64,000 nucleotides of DNA from Tubiluchus corallicola (Eukaryota; Animalia; Priapulida). The stretch spans positions 186,001-250,000 of the forward strand of contig JAQGDQ010000015.1 of the NCBI GenBank assembly GCA_030141605.1, read 5' to 3'. Below, one piece after another: positions 15,001-30,000 of this stretch. Below the pieces are notes generated by a model that saw only the letters and a list, made by a program, of their open reading frames with translations, had not been told where the DNA came from and ran no database searches. The position numbers and the translations under genes are program-made. Numbering within the stretch: position 1 is the first letter of the stretch; the number at the start of each line of letters is the position of its first letter.

Positions 15001-18000
15001 AAGACATCATGTAGTGACACAAAATCTCAAGGCGATTTTTTTAAGTTTATGTAAAATTTCTCTATTCTTGATTTTTAATGAGACACGATTATGTACAAGG
15101 CTCAAGGTAGAGTTGACTCACTCTTGGAAACATTTATTGAACTTTACACAACTTGCTCCAAGAAGTTCCATCAATATCTGTAAATTTTAACTTAAACAAC
15201 AATAACTTTTGAGACACTGACACAGAAAACTACCTGGATATGTTTATGACATACCTATAACATTCACTGCATCATTGATATACATCTGCTGATCACTTTC
15301 CTGGTTTTTCCCTTTCCTGCTGAGGATAAATCCCAGTGCCAGAACTGAACCATGTTGGACCTCCACAACCTACAATTGTCAGCAATGAATTTAATCAGTG
15401 GTTCAAATTCACTAGCTTAAGGGTCTGGCAATATTGAACTGTTAGAGAATGACCTTCATTTTATGAAAATTTCATAAGCATCAGCTTGGATGCTAGGAAA
15501 AATCTTGTACTCTGTCCATCACACGTTTTTCAACTTAAAAAGCGTTTATCCAATTGAGTACAAATTTAGTAGGATGATTAGTTAGGATGTCCTTGGGTTC
15601 AAAAGAAAAAAATTGTGGCAATCCTTTTGTTAATTACTTACTTTTTAGAGCTCTTTAGTTAGCAAACTTTAAATTGCCTAAATGTTAGATCATAAGTTCA
15701 CTGTATAAAAAATATCTGCTGATGCTCCAGAAAGTTCTTATTTTTTCAAGTTGTTTCTTCAAAAATATACAGCAACAACTTGTTTTGTACTAGGTACATA
15801 TTTAATCACAATCTTCATAGCATTATGTGCTCAGCAGTATAAAACTAACTTGAGAATATACATGTATAACACCTAAAAGAGATTTTTTTCTGTCACACAT
15901 TTTACAGCTAACACAGAAACAATTCAACTACTAATTACATACTGCAAACTGTGATGTATATAATGTTACCCATTTTGAAATGCAAATATAACTGGTATAT
16001 TTACCTTATCTTCCACATTTTTTGTTAACTCTGTGATGATGTTAACAAACTCGTGTAAAACCAAGCTGGAGGTTACAGTCACAGCAAATAATTCAGCTGC
16101 ATATATTCTCATTTCTGAATTACTTGAATATAAAAATCTCTGAAAAATGTAAATTTGATATAGAAACCTACTTTAATGGCTGTATTAAAATAAGCTTCAA
16201 TAAATAGTGGGCAAAAGTCCATTAGAATAAACATTCTGTGCATGTCATAAACAGTCATATCATTAAAGATCAAGTACGGAAAGTAAATACAAATGTTTCA
16301 TCTGTAATTAATTACACAATCATTTACTAAGATAACTTTACTTTTTGATATTAAGTAGTATATATAAAAATTATCGAATCTATAAAAGACAAAAATGAAC
16401 TTAAACTAACAATCACACTGAAAAAGGGTACACAGAAAACCTTAGATACATTTCTTCAGTACCTTGATCCAATCAAGCTTATCAATAAACCTTGTTACAA
16501 ATACTTCAGGTGCTATGGCAACAATTTCCAAAAGGCAGTACATATTAAATGCACCTAAAAACAGCAAAAATATAATGCTCAGTATTAGTAGTCAAAAAAT
16601 GTTTCCAATAATAAATTACTTGACATGTATGTATGTTTTACTATTATTAGCCACATTTAAGTAAGTAGTTTTCTTAGGCAGAGTTATTTTCCTTTGTCTT
16701 AAGGAATGCACTAATCCATGGAAGTGCATGAATTCATATGTGCATGTGCGTGTAAGCACCCACTACTTAACTCAGCTATTAATAGTTGCTAAAATTTCCA
16801 CACACACACCAGCTCATTGCTTTTAATAAATTCTTTTGATCAGCATGCAGTTAGTAACTGTTTAACTAATCAAAGTGCTGCATAAAGCAAGATCTAATAT
16901 AAGAAATATTTAAATATTATTTTTATTAATTATTAATTATTATTAATTATTAATAATTATTATTAAGATAGTTACCTCCAATTGCACTCAGCAGGAGTTC
17001 AATAAGATTAACGTACATGACAACTGGATTATTATCTCCACTACCCGACTCCACATTGCACAAGTTGCGCACATATGAGCCAATACAAGGAGCATGTTCT
17101 TGCATATCTTTTGCTGAATCTACTGCAGGAGTCACTCCGGCACTAAATGCCAAACAAGTTCTTAAGTAACGCACAATCTAAAAAAAATTAATGAAGTACA
17201 AATTTAAATTTATCTATTTAATGTGTGCGCAATTTAAAAACACAGCATAAAGAGTTTTATGTCATGTAGCTCCGAGACTAAACTGTAAAGTTGTAATTTG
17301 ATATTTGACAGCAGGACAATTATTTTCCTTTTGTTCTGTCAATTTTTGGCACTATAAATGATGATACTGAAAACTACAACTGTAGAACACTAGAACCCTA
17401 CATTTTGCTAATAATAAGGTCAGGCTATAGTGCAATTACATTGCGTGACTGGAATAAAAAGTGTCACTCAAATGCCATACCTCAGTAAAAGCACCTCGAT
17501 TATACGGCAAAGTGTAATTCCCTATTACAGTCTTCGCACTACCCTTCACGCGACTTTCAGCCTAAATCAAAAACAAACAATCAATGAAAAATCCTTATCT
17601 TCAAGATTGCAGCAAAAGAATATAAAAATTTAAAAACTTGCCTGTGAATCATTGATTGTTTCATGTTAAAGTGTGACAGATTTTTTAAGATTTGAAACGA
17701 GTAAGACTTAATCAATATGCTATACAGGGAACTGCTTAAAATTTTGCTTTATATGTAGAATAGTACTTACATTATTTATAGTCTTTCTAGTTAAAAAATC
17801 CAGCTTATTTACAATTTAGCTTATGCACAATTATGAACAATGTAATATAAATGAGTTCAGAACTTTTAACCATGTAAATTTACTCATGTCACTTAGTGCT
17901 TCCAAAAAAGTTTTACACTTCGTTTGACACAATCTATCAATGATAGCTGTAAGGCATACTCGATCATGCAGATACTGCACCAAATGTGGGAATGATGGAA

Positions 18001-21000
18001 ACAATGGTGTATCAGAGGTAACCAGTTGCTTCTGCAATGAAGTTTCGGTTGACTTGTTTTCCACACTTTTAAGGACTTTCAGTGCTTCACTGCGTATATC
18101 TTCCTTGCTAAGTATGAAAAAAATATAATATTTCATGAACCATAAAGTTAACACCAAAATGCCTAAATAATCAACACACATTCAAGTTTTCTCAAGAAAT
18201 CAAAAATTCGGCTAAAAGTATGTAAATAACACACTGCAGTTCATTAGAATTATGCTAAAATGACACTGAATGCACACATTTAATAAAGAACCAACCCTCG
18301 AACAACATTTATTGCATTTTAATATACAATTAAAAATATTGAAATCGCAACACAATATATGCGCATAGAATGCTTTGCTTAAAAATGCAAAAGAAATTTA
18401 AATATTTTTTTATCTTATGCCAAACGAACGTCGCTGCCGGGATATTTGAAAAAAATGATGTAAGCTGATAGCTGGTGTACAGCATAAATGCTGTGAAGGC
18501 AAGCTTTGGTGAAGTTACGCGTTGGGAAATTTCTACAGTTAACTCAGAAGTTCCGTTATTCTAGCACAAAATTTAACTGTGTTTATATAAAAATTGGTCA
18601 TTAAATCGACCAAGTTTAAAGTCGTTAACACTGCTTAAATCCACAGGATTATACAGTAAAATCTGTAAGTAGTGTACATTAATTGTGTAAGTATAATTAA
18701 GTTACAGACTTTTGTTGACTTTCAGATAATGCACATGTAACTTGCGAGCATATTGAAGCACCTGGCAGAGTAAGTGTTTATATTGCACGATACCGGATCA
18801 TTTTCGTCTAAAATGAGTGCGTCCAAGCATAATGTCACAGTGACTTTAAATTGATTTTACTAATTACGTTAGGCGCTTATCACAATTTTATTGCTGGAAC
18901 TTTGTAACATTTTTCTCAAATATTAGAATAAGCTCAACTTCCTGAGGGACTTGACTTTTGCATTAAGAAGTTTGTGAAGTTAATACTCATACTTACACAT
19001 CTCCACAAGCAAGAAGTAATACAAAGTTAGCAGACAGATGGTCTCTGGGAAAAATAGCCTTTGCATAATGAACTGCCATAAGTCGATTTGCATGCTCTTG
19101 CTGGAAAAGGTAATGATGCTATAATTAATCAGCTTCAATAGGTGGAACTGAAATAAGTTTGTCCATTTTGAAAGTGTTTATATGAATAACTAAGATGGAA
19201 GTTAGGTCAAAGACAGTGAGAAAAAACTGCTGATCATAAAACGAAAACAGCAAGGTTTTCACAATAAAAACTATTACTTCTAAACCACTCTTTAAGTAGC
19301 CCAACCAAAAAAATATTGCCAGATAAAGTGATTAGTCATAAACCTTCCTGGCATTTTCTATCCAAAATTTACACACTTCCTAATTAAGTAATAGACTTAT
19401 AAAGTCACTAGCAAACGCGTGAATCAAAATGTGCACAACGATAGAATAATGAATAACATTAGATTATGAAAACCAAGAAAATATGCACACGCGCACAAAA
19501 CCAGCACAAAAACAAGAAACAAAACTGAAAAGAAATTTATATACTAAACTCTTGAAAGTCAAATTACTAGATGTTCTTAACACACAAAATACCCACACTT
19601 TCTATATTTCTTAAAACAGTTGTCTCCATAAGTATCAAAGTTACTTTATCTGCATTCTTAAAAGCACCGGCCATGAGCAACAGGGCTTCTTGCAAAGCCA
19701 GACGTACTTCGGATGGTTCCTATAAAAAAGGAAAAGCTTAATAGCTACATCAGAAATTTTTAAAACAGTCACATTACCCAAAACAATATAAATGCAAATG
19801 TAAGACAAAATCACTTACGTTAGGAAGGATATCAAAGAATGCTTGAATAATGGCAATGTCTTGTAAAACAAGCTGAGGCAATTTATGTGCAAGTTTTCCC
19901 ATAGCAACATAAGCCATACCACGCAACTTTGGCTCCTATAGCACCAAAAATGAACATATCACAATAGTAGATTATACCAACCAAGACAAGAATACAAATT
20001 TCAGTTTCAATGCCAGACGACATATTTTTTTCATATAGTATACTTCATAGTTTACTCTTTTCAGCTGTATTAATTTCATACATAACAGCTTTTCTTGCAT
20101 AACAACTTCAAATGTCTATGTCTATTAACATTATTTACAAGTTAATAATTGTACAGTGCTATTCACAAGCAGTAAGGACCTGACCAGTCATGACAGCATG
20201 TGTAACATTACAGATTAAAACAGAATATGCAAAGCTTCTGAACTGAAATGTAGACAATACCAAATTTTAAATCAACCAGAGTTTTATTAACTAGGCCCAA
20301 CATGACTGACTACAAAATACCGACAATTATCACAAAAAATTAAAACATTTTGTATTTGTTTAAAAAACATATTTACAAACAAACTAATAATGTTGTCTGT
20401 GATTTACAAAGTAAGCTGTTTACTTCCTGTTTGCTTGATCCAATATTAAGTCTAGATACACAAATCCTTAACAGCATTATTTTAAATTACCTCTTTAGTT
20501 TCACAGACAAGTTTGTACATCCCGGAGTAGAGCACAGGTCCAACGGGAGAAAGTTTTGCCTGTGAGCAGGCACTGCATAGATGCCAAACCATCTCCACTG
20601 CCATCATTTTCAACTTTACATTCGTTGAATTTCCATACAGACAATCAAATACCACCTACAATTAGCCATATTAGCTTTACTTTACATTATTACAAGGAAA
20701 AAATTTTATGGAAAAGAAAAATGTGCTGTGAATAAATGCTGGTATAGGAGCAATAGCATGGAGAAGTTACATCAAAAATTATTTCTTTAAATTTATTTAC
20801 ACCTGTATTGCAAAAGGCACTTGATTAGCTGCCTCTCGAGACTTGAGCAAGTAAGGCAAAATCTTCATCTTTATACGAGTATTTGCTGGAGCTCGCTTAT
20901 TTTCTGGCTTCACAGAAGAATTCTGAAAAAAAACATGAAGAAGTTCCAAGGATTTAACTATTAATAAGTTAAGTAAATTTCTCTCTAGCAGTTTTCAACA

Positions 21001-24000
21001 GATAGGCCAAAGATAAGAACCGTTTCTCTAGGGTAATGTTTTCTCTACTTAAATTCAGAATGCAAAATGTGCAGCCTCGTAATTAACAAAGGTCTATCAA
21101 ACTACTCGGATTTGTGTATGATTGGAGAATTTACTTGGTTGGGCATATAAGATGGCATTTTTCACCAAACACTGATTAGTTATTGGATTAGCCCTAAACT
21201 TTTTGTAAATTTCATTTCTCTTTTTAGGATGTAATCATGCACAAATGCAAGCAACTGCCTCAAAATACAAGTTCCATAGTTGCCAGTTTCACAATTACAC
21301 ATTGCATGTCTGCATGCCTAATTCTTATGGCAAAGAAATTGTAGCAATTTTCATTTGGGTAATTAAAAATTGTGGTGCAACTAAAATCTGCATATCTGCA
21401 CAAGGTCTAAGAGGAAATAAAGGTGCTTGTACTTTGTAATAACTGATACCCACAATAACCATATGACATGTATAGTGTAGTCAGAGTCAGTGTATGTTAG
21501 AAGGAAAAAAATCAGTAAGCCCAAACAAAATACAATATACACAAAGCTATATTGTAATAAGCAATATACAGGAAGGTAAAAACTGCCTCAAACCTGATAC
21601 TTCAAACCTCATGCAGCATCACATGAGATCCATGTCTAGACTCATGCCATTATTATATTGGACTTACTTGTTGCAAATACAAGAGAATGAACAACAAAAG
21701 TTGTCCATTAGATTCAAAATCCATTGTAATGAGATTCGTAACAATGAGGATATGAGGACTTAATGTAATTGGAAAGAGTAACTGTTTTCAACCAACTACG
21801 AACCAATTTTATTTAACCAAAGAGGCATACACTCTTAACATTGCCAAACAACAACTTTCGTCAGTCAACATAAAATGCAACAACAATATTGCGGAGTAGT
21901 CTGAACATACCTTATCTTGAGTGAGAGAGCTTCCACGAAATAAAATGTAAAGCTTAGTCGTGATTTCCTGCTTGTTCCAGTCAATATCGCTGATAAACAA
22001 AACTTTAAAATTAGTTAAAAAATTTAAGGTAATTGCTAAGTTATTGTGCTAAAAGTACAGATACAGCTAATGTTGTTTAAAAGCTGATATTCGAGAACTG
22101 TGAAAGGCAATAAGGTAATAATTGTTGCTATGTTATTATACAATAATAATATAACTCACAGATAAAGATGAATGTTAATTACAAGCTGATGTTCGAGCAC
22201 TATGACTTATAAAAACAAAAGTCAAGACGGCAGCAAAACACGAAAGAAAATTAAGAGATAAGCACATAGAGACTACTGAATAGTTTAGCAGTGACATCTC
22301 ACTTTTGGAAGTGCACATGCAACTTGTTTCCAAAAAACTAGTATCAGACTGCTGCACTGTGCTAAACTAATACCTATAAACTTCGAATAATATTGTTCCT
22401 AACTTTTTGCTGCATAATAAAACAGTAATATTAATATATAAGTTTTAATACCCACCTCATTATTTTCTTAAGTTCCATATCAGCTAAGTTGGCTACACTG
22501 TGAAAAGAAAAATTCAAATGAAACACTACAGCTGTAATAATTATAGCAATACATATATAACAAATAACTATAAAAATATCTTTTACACACAGGATACTGA
22601 TTCATAGTAAAGAAGCCATTTTATTGCCTTACACAATGTACAATACACAACTGCTGAATTGCAAATGACATAATTGAAATATTTAATACCCAAGTGTTAA
22701 GGTTTGCAAGGATAAACACAGACTAACAGGCACTAGAACTGGCTAAAGGCCATTAAACGAATCAACCTTTAAAAAAATTCTGGCACCACAAACTTTTGCA
22801 ATTTAAATCAATCTAAAATTAATTAAATAAACAGCTCTAACTAATTAGTGAATTAGCATATGTGAGTGCAGCAGGTTAAAACCAAATTAGTGAAGCTCTA
22901 TTGGCTCTGAATAGACAATCTGTTAGACACTAACATGGCGGCAGACAATTCTGCCGATTTTTGCAGCACTATCACATGTCCAGATTTAAAGCACTATGCA
23001 TGTATACAAAACAGAGCTAAAAATCATATAATGGTAAAAAAGTGTACCTGTGCCGAGAATCAGAGGTTGCAATAATTAAAGGAGAAACAACTTCCCAATC
23101 TTGAAAAATCTCACTTCCCAGAAACTTCACAATTCCCACTTTTGTCTAAAACAGAAGAACGAGAAGACATACAGACACTAGCCTCAAGACACACGAAAAA
23201 CCAATCTTTTATTTATGTTGACTATGCAACTGTATTAATACGAGCTTGAAGAAAAAACTATGGACTGAATTTAGCATGCATACCTTTTCCAGTTCTTCAG
23301 GTGTCAGGGGATTTTCTCCCGTTATTCGCTTTAATGCATGCTCGCTCAGACCAGGTGGTGCCATTTGACTACCCTGACCAAGCTGACCTTGTCCAGAACC
23401 AGGGCGAATATTAATGGTTACTCTGAAAAAAGAGACAAGAAGTAAAATGACTGATTAGTGATTTAATTATGATGTATTGGCTGAACATTTCACGTTTAAT
23501 TATTTTTGTTTTACATTAAACATTAACATTTTCAGCTAAATTGCTGTTTTTGTAACCTCCAAATTAACGGCAATTTTTATAAAATATAACTCTTTTTTTT
23601 TCAAAATTTTTCAGTCTGAAAACTGGCTAATTACAAAAATGTAAGAGATATTAGCAAAGTGGTCACAAACTCGGCTTAGTAAATGAAGTTAATTCTGAAT
23701 CTAAAAAGTAATTGAATGTGCGTTCACCTTAAAAATTTCTTCGGGCTTCAACAGCCACTTCGCTATTTCTTCTGATGCAGAAAAATGTATATACGTTACA
23801 GGCAAATCATGAAACTGAGCTTTGTGTAGAAAGCCCAGGCATTTTATAGAGTGCCAAAACAAACCAGGTACACTGTTTAAAATCATTTCTTTAACACTTT
23901 TCCTAGGCATAATATATAAAGCAAAAGTTTGCTTAGACAAGGTGTCAATTTGCTAGATTTTGAACATAGTTTTCCTAAGAACTTTTTATGGAATGTTAAT

Positions 24001-27000
24001 AAATGTTAGTCAGTATAAAAATAAAGCAGATGATAAATTGATTTGGCGTAATTTTTCAACACATTTTGTGTAATGCCAATAAAAATTTAGGAAATCCTGA
24101 AAAAGTCAAATTTCAGTGTGTTTGCAAATTTGTGCGGTAACTACGTTTGCTCATACGTTTTGACCATTTCTCGTGTCCGAGAATTTAAGTTCCAATGTCA
24201 TTCCTCCTCTGTAGTGGTGACTTGGGAGAATAACTGTTGCATGAAATATTCAGTGAAACAGATGGCATTCAAGAGTTGGTAAAGGGCACGGTTGAGCTTG
24301 CCGAATATCTTGAACAGTTGCTGTTTTTTTCTGTCCTCCCTTTCGTCTTTGAAATGATGAGTTTTGTGGTGCATGGTCCGATGCCTGCTGAGAGCTGCTT
24401 TGCTTGTTTGAGTGGGTTTTAATCGGTTTTTGTAGTGACAAAGAGGGAATCCTCACGATCTTTTGCCTGTTGTAAGTTTACTAAACAGAATTTGATGGGG
24501 AAGCTTGGTCTCACTCATGCTGATGATATGCCCTGACCAATGAAGATAGTGTGTCACAAAGGTAGACTTGATACTCTGAGCACTACGACGGCTTTTTCGA
24601 GCATGGCAATGCTGATGACGTACTAGCCGCATTTGATAGACAGGCTAAAGCGAAGTTTATGATAACAGAGGGTCCAAGTTTTACAACCATACAACATGGT
24701 TAAGATGATGACAGCTTTTTCATTTTGCAAGGTTTTCAAAGGCTACATGAGCTGACCGTTGAGCCATGCCCTTTTGGTAGTGCATATGTAGGATGCCTAC
24801 GAAATAGAAAGTGGTCAAACCGCATGTCAAAGATCTTGATGTTGCACCTCTTGCTAATAAAACAGTTAACGCACCCGCTTACTTGAATTGGTTGCTTAAT
24901 TTAATACATTGACAATGTCATGCTATGCATTCTATAAAATTGATGTCAAGCATAATGTCAATCTTTCTCGTTGACTGCCTAATCAGCGTAGAAGATTTTT
25001 CACATCCTAGCCAAACTTACTTACCGCCGGTACGTTTGGACATTTAGTGCAGCTATATGCCGGGCATCTAATACTGTTTTGAAAATTGCTCAACTTTTCA
25101 TTAGTTGTCTAGGAAAAATATCGTCCTGGTTCTAGATTTTATTATTGTTAAGTGAAATTGCAAGTGAATTAGTAGAAATATATAGTCTAGTTTCATTTAT
25201 TATAGGAAGCACAACACTTACGTCTATGAGTTGCTGATTAAACCGTTTTCCTGTCAACAAATTATTCAGCTTAGTTTAATTTATGACTAGCAAGTTAGAT
25301 AAAAACAACTATTTGATTAACTTTAAAAAACTACAAAATAACCGGAATGGAACAGTCAAATTAATCAAATGGAACAGAAAAATACAAAAACTGGATAAAC
25401 CTTGCAGACGAGCACGATCATTTAAATATAGAAAAAAAAGACATCACAGTCATGATATGTGCGTATGTTTAAAGGCAAGAGGCACTTAATATTTTTGTTG
25501 CTCATGTATCTTAAAGCACGGCTAACTGGCCTAGTTTCTTTATAATAATGCTTATGTCTCTGCATTTTGTAGTGCTTTGAAGCTTTGTCTCTACATTCTG
25601 CTTAAATGGAAAAGTAATTTTTTGACTACTTGAAATGTTAATTACCGTATATACAAATATATATGTACAAATCGATTTTAAGGTGAAATTTCTGGGGTTG
25701 ACTTATACTTACGATATGTTTTGGGGAGATGTCGCTAAAGAGTCATCTACAATACGAATATGTAAAGAAATAATCCTTCATTATACACTGGACTGAATGA
25801 ACACTCATACTGTGATACTTCACATCAGAGAATGTTTGCATCTTGACATTACTTCACAAAAGTAACAAATATTATTGTAATTTATTTTATAGTATGTTAA
25901 ATTAAGCTAAAATTTATATATTACTGGTAAATAAACTAGAGAGGGAGCACTCGATCAGAACACGGAAATCGCCAATGTTGTGCAGGTGCTGCCGCCTGTC
26001 GGCTTCCGCGGGAAGTTTTACACTGGCCTTATATATGCATGTTTTATTGGCAAGCATATATGCGTATATAAAACACAACTACGCAGAGGAATTAATTTTA
26101 GCTATAATATACTCAGCCCAGGCACTTGCACGTATCTTATACACTAACACAGTAAGCTATTAATTTATTACTCAGCCATTGTTGACATCATTTACTCTGG
26201 AAGATTTTAATATTTTATGGTCGATTTTTGGTCTTAAAACGCACATTGACTTGTACACAGATGTTTATACGTTACGTGTAAAAAATAACTGCTGCTCTGC
26301 AAATTTGTGTGTATGAGTACAATCAGTTTATTTGCTGATTAGACATTAGTTATCATGTTGTTTACTAGACAGATGATATTCAGTGTAAGCAGCTGTCCCA
26401 AATGCGGCTGATCGTGCTTACATCGCAGCAGAGGCAGAACGCTAGACCAATGTGCTTAATGTCAATACCTAGATAATGTACAAAATACCTAGGAAAGGCT
26501 AGATTCTGCACAAATTACGTTAATTTTACACTTTGCTAAGTCATTTTATATGGAGATCCAAAAGTCATATATATAAGTTTTCACTAAAGTAAATGACAAC
26601 GACAAAGTTAAAAAATGTACTAAGTAGGACGTTTACAAGAAAGGTAGGGTGTTTAATAAATTCCTTTTCTGATATATCAGCGTTCTGTAGTGTTTAGGCT
26701 GTTTCTTGCCTCTCATTCCCTCTAAATAAAAGGAGCAATATTTCTAACATACACCTATATAAAGAATATCAATAAAAACACACTTGAAACTGATATTAAT
26801 GAGGTTTACCCGTATGGCAAAAGCATCATGTCCATCATAAAACTGAGTAGTTGTTGTGCTATTGCTGGCTTCTCAGACAAACTGAACAAACTTTTGCGCT
26901 GTTCAATACCAGCAGGCATCTTTATCTGTCCCACAACCGGCATAAGCAGAAACATTAAACTGAAAAATAAAAATAGTAAAATTTCTTGGTGTCAGTTAAA

Positions 27001-30000
27001 ACACACTACTGCAAATATGGTATAAAGCTTGTATGGGATGAAAAGACAGCCTATACGGTTTCAGCCCAGTATTACATTCACACTTTAACAATTAAGCATT
27101 ATGTTGCAACTACACAAAGAAATAAAAAACGGTTTAACTTATATATATATGTAATATATATGTAATTATTATTATATCTTATTATATATATGTAATATAT
27201 ATATATATATGTAAATATGTATATTATATATATAATTTATTCGCATTTTCATAATCACAAATGCAATAATAACAAATAAACATATAGTATTTAGTGGCAA
27301 TTTACAACATTAATCAAAATAAAAAAGTAATTTTGCAGCTGATATACACGTTACACTAGTCAGTTAATTAATTAACAGAGTATTTAGTAAACACATGATG
27401 TCATTGTTTGAGAAGCTGGTATGGCTTGACTAACTTGCCTAAAGTAGTTGTCTACTGACCTGATCCTGTTCGGAATATTCATATTTTTGCATAGCATTCC
27501 GACTACTAACATATAATAGTTCTTACCCAAAGTAGTATTTCTAGTGCATTATTTTAACAGCGCTAATCCTGTCAAAATGCTATTATTGTTCAATTCAGTT
27601 ATACGCTTATACAACGTCGTTTAGCTACAATTTTTACATATGGATCAATGCCAGAAATACGATGTATCATGCTACTGTGTGAACTACAAGGAATGCCTAA
27701 TACACCATGTACAGGTTTTTTAACTTCTACAGCTAGTGTTAATACTTTTGTGAAATAAAATGTGAATACCAGTGCCATAGAAAGAACAGCAATATGAATT
27801 AAAAAGTCTTAGTACAACTCTCTTGTCTCTGACAGATCTAAAAAAGCATAAAAAGAGAATTCACCGATTCAAAACATTTTTAACTATGTGTACAGCAACT
27901 GAACTACATTTGTACAGCAGTCAAACTGTTTACAGCAGGCACATTTTGATTGAAGTCATACCTGGATTACTGTTATCCTCTGCCAGGCATGCTTAGCTAC
28001 ATGTTTTATAGAACATCAAAGATGGTTTAAGCTGTTATAATCTGGCTTGTATTTAGAAGAAGCGATGCAACTTGGAAAATGTTAAACTAGAAAATTATAC
28101 CTCGAATTTTAACCAATCAGAAGTGTATAATTTTTCATAATTTTGTGCAATTTGTTTTGCAATTAAAGAATAAATTAAGTATAATATGGAATCATCTGGT
28201 TAGGTCAGTAATCGGAAGATATAAACTTAATCTGAGTCATTATTTCAGCATCTATAAGAGAATTAAAGAGGATTGTTGTCATAACATACATTGTGGCTTA
28301 TCAGCACATTATGCCTGCTTTAGCTGCTGGGGATGCAGAGCCAGTAAAATCCAAGAAAGTGCCTTAACTGTCAAGATTAGTAAATGCAGCAGGGAATCTA
28401 CCAGATACTATCTTGGCCATTATCTAGTAATTTGCCATTGTTAACACATGACTGTTAATGCTGCAAGTACATCAAAAAAAAGAATAATAAATGATGAAAC
28501 TAAATGTTACAATTATAGTAGCGTTGGGACTGATTAATCGATTATAATTGATTTGGGAATTTGTTTTGGATGATCGATTATTTTTTCAGCTACTGACGCA
28601 AATCAATTACATTTCCAAGGCCATTTGTACTTATTTCTCGGAAAAACCACAAAAGTCACACGATAAACATAACACCCATTGCGGTGAAAACAAGCAATAC
28701 GGCACTATTTTTGCACTGTTACTTTTCATCCTGGCAATGCGTCTTAGACTTAAAAGCATGAGCGGTTTTGAAAAAAAAAGTACGTATAAGCACATTAACA
28801 ATGACTAGCAAAGGCCCCGCAAAAGATTTTGCGTATAAATACACGTGTAATCAATAATACGCGAACATCCTACCTAGTCCTCATTAATAACACAAAGCCC
28901 GTAACATCCTGCCTACTGTTTGTCTGTTTATCTAACGCAAAGCATCTTTTACAGAATTAAAGTTATAAGATTATAAGAGTACAATGGATGACGTCAGAAC
29001 AATGGCTTTGCGTCAGCAGTTTTCTAAGCGAAAATTGTCGAAAATAGAACATCCAATTAACTCGTTGATACTCCTCTCGGTGGACCTGTCCTAAAATATA
29101 ACCCACATCATCGTATATCCCCGTTCGTCCTCTTTGCAAAGAGCTATATCTCCTTCCGAGAGTTTCACCAGGCGCCGCTAGAACGTTTTTTCCGCAGGCT
29201 GTTTGGTCAAAATTTCGAAAAAATCACGAGTTGGGTCCGGGAAAATGCCCGTTGCGGGGCGCCGTGGTCCTCTCGCGAATTCTAAATATGCCTACTACAC
29301 CCACCGCTGAACGGGCTATCTATCCATGCGCAGTACCCCCCCTCGGCCCATTCCCGTTCTCTACATGTCAGCCGTATAACTTTTGCAAAAAACGGCCGAA
29401 AAAGGGCCATTTTTGGAGGTTTTTCGCCTCCCGTTCCGCCCGGTGGGCCCCATTCGAAAAATAAACCCCCAATGAGACGACACTAGATCGAGACCTTTCG
29501 TTTGATATATAGATCGCCGCAAATGGTGCCCTCGTCCGGGCTGTAGCCTCGAATCTTATATATATATATATATATATACCAAGAATATTAATATAAGAGT
29601 ATAGATAAAAGTTTCGTAGGACCTCTTTGTAAATTTCAAACTCATAAATTAAGCTCATTTAAAACTTATTCCTTGCTTTATACAAATTTATTTAAAACTT
29701 ATTCTTTGTGTTATAGTTTTTATTTTTTCTATCAATATTGCAATTAAAACAGCAATGATTAAGATAACAACCTGTTACACTGAAAGTGTTATTTGTTAGA
29801 AAATTTGAAACTAGTAATTTTTTATGCCTGAAAACTAACTATAATCGATTATCGAACGGAATTCGTATCCGATTAATACATTATGAAAATAAAACCGATG
29901 TTCCACCACTAACTTACAGCAGCTGATATGTAAACAAATATTACCTGTCACAATGTATTTCTGGTTTTCCTTGCATACTAGATATTAGCATTGGAGCCAA

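Noticed and set aside
25933-26620. AACTAGA-initiated DINE/Helentron-like element
   Set aside because: The start resembles such families, but I could not identify a matching 3' end or subterminal repeats.
29231-29658. GC-rich ORFs 29231-29464 (+) and 29368-29658 (-) as nested or horizontally acquired genes
   Set aside because: They lie largely inside the Helitron, one runs through a (TA)n tract, and neither has a recognisable domain.
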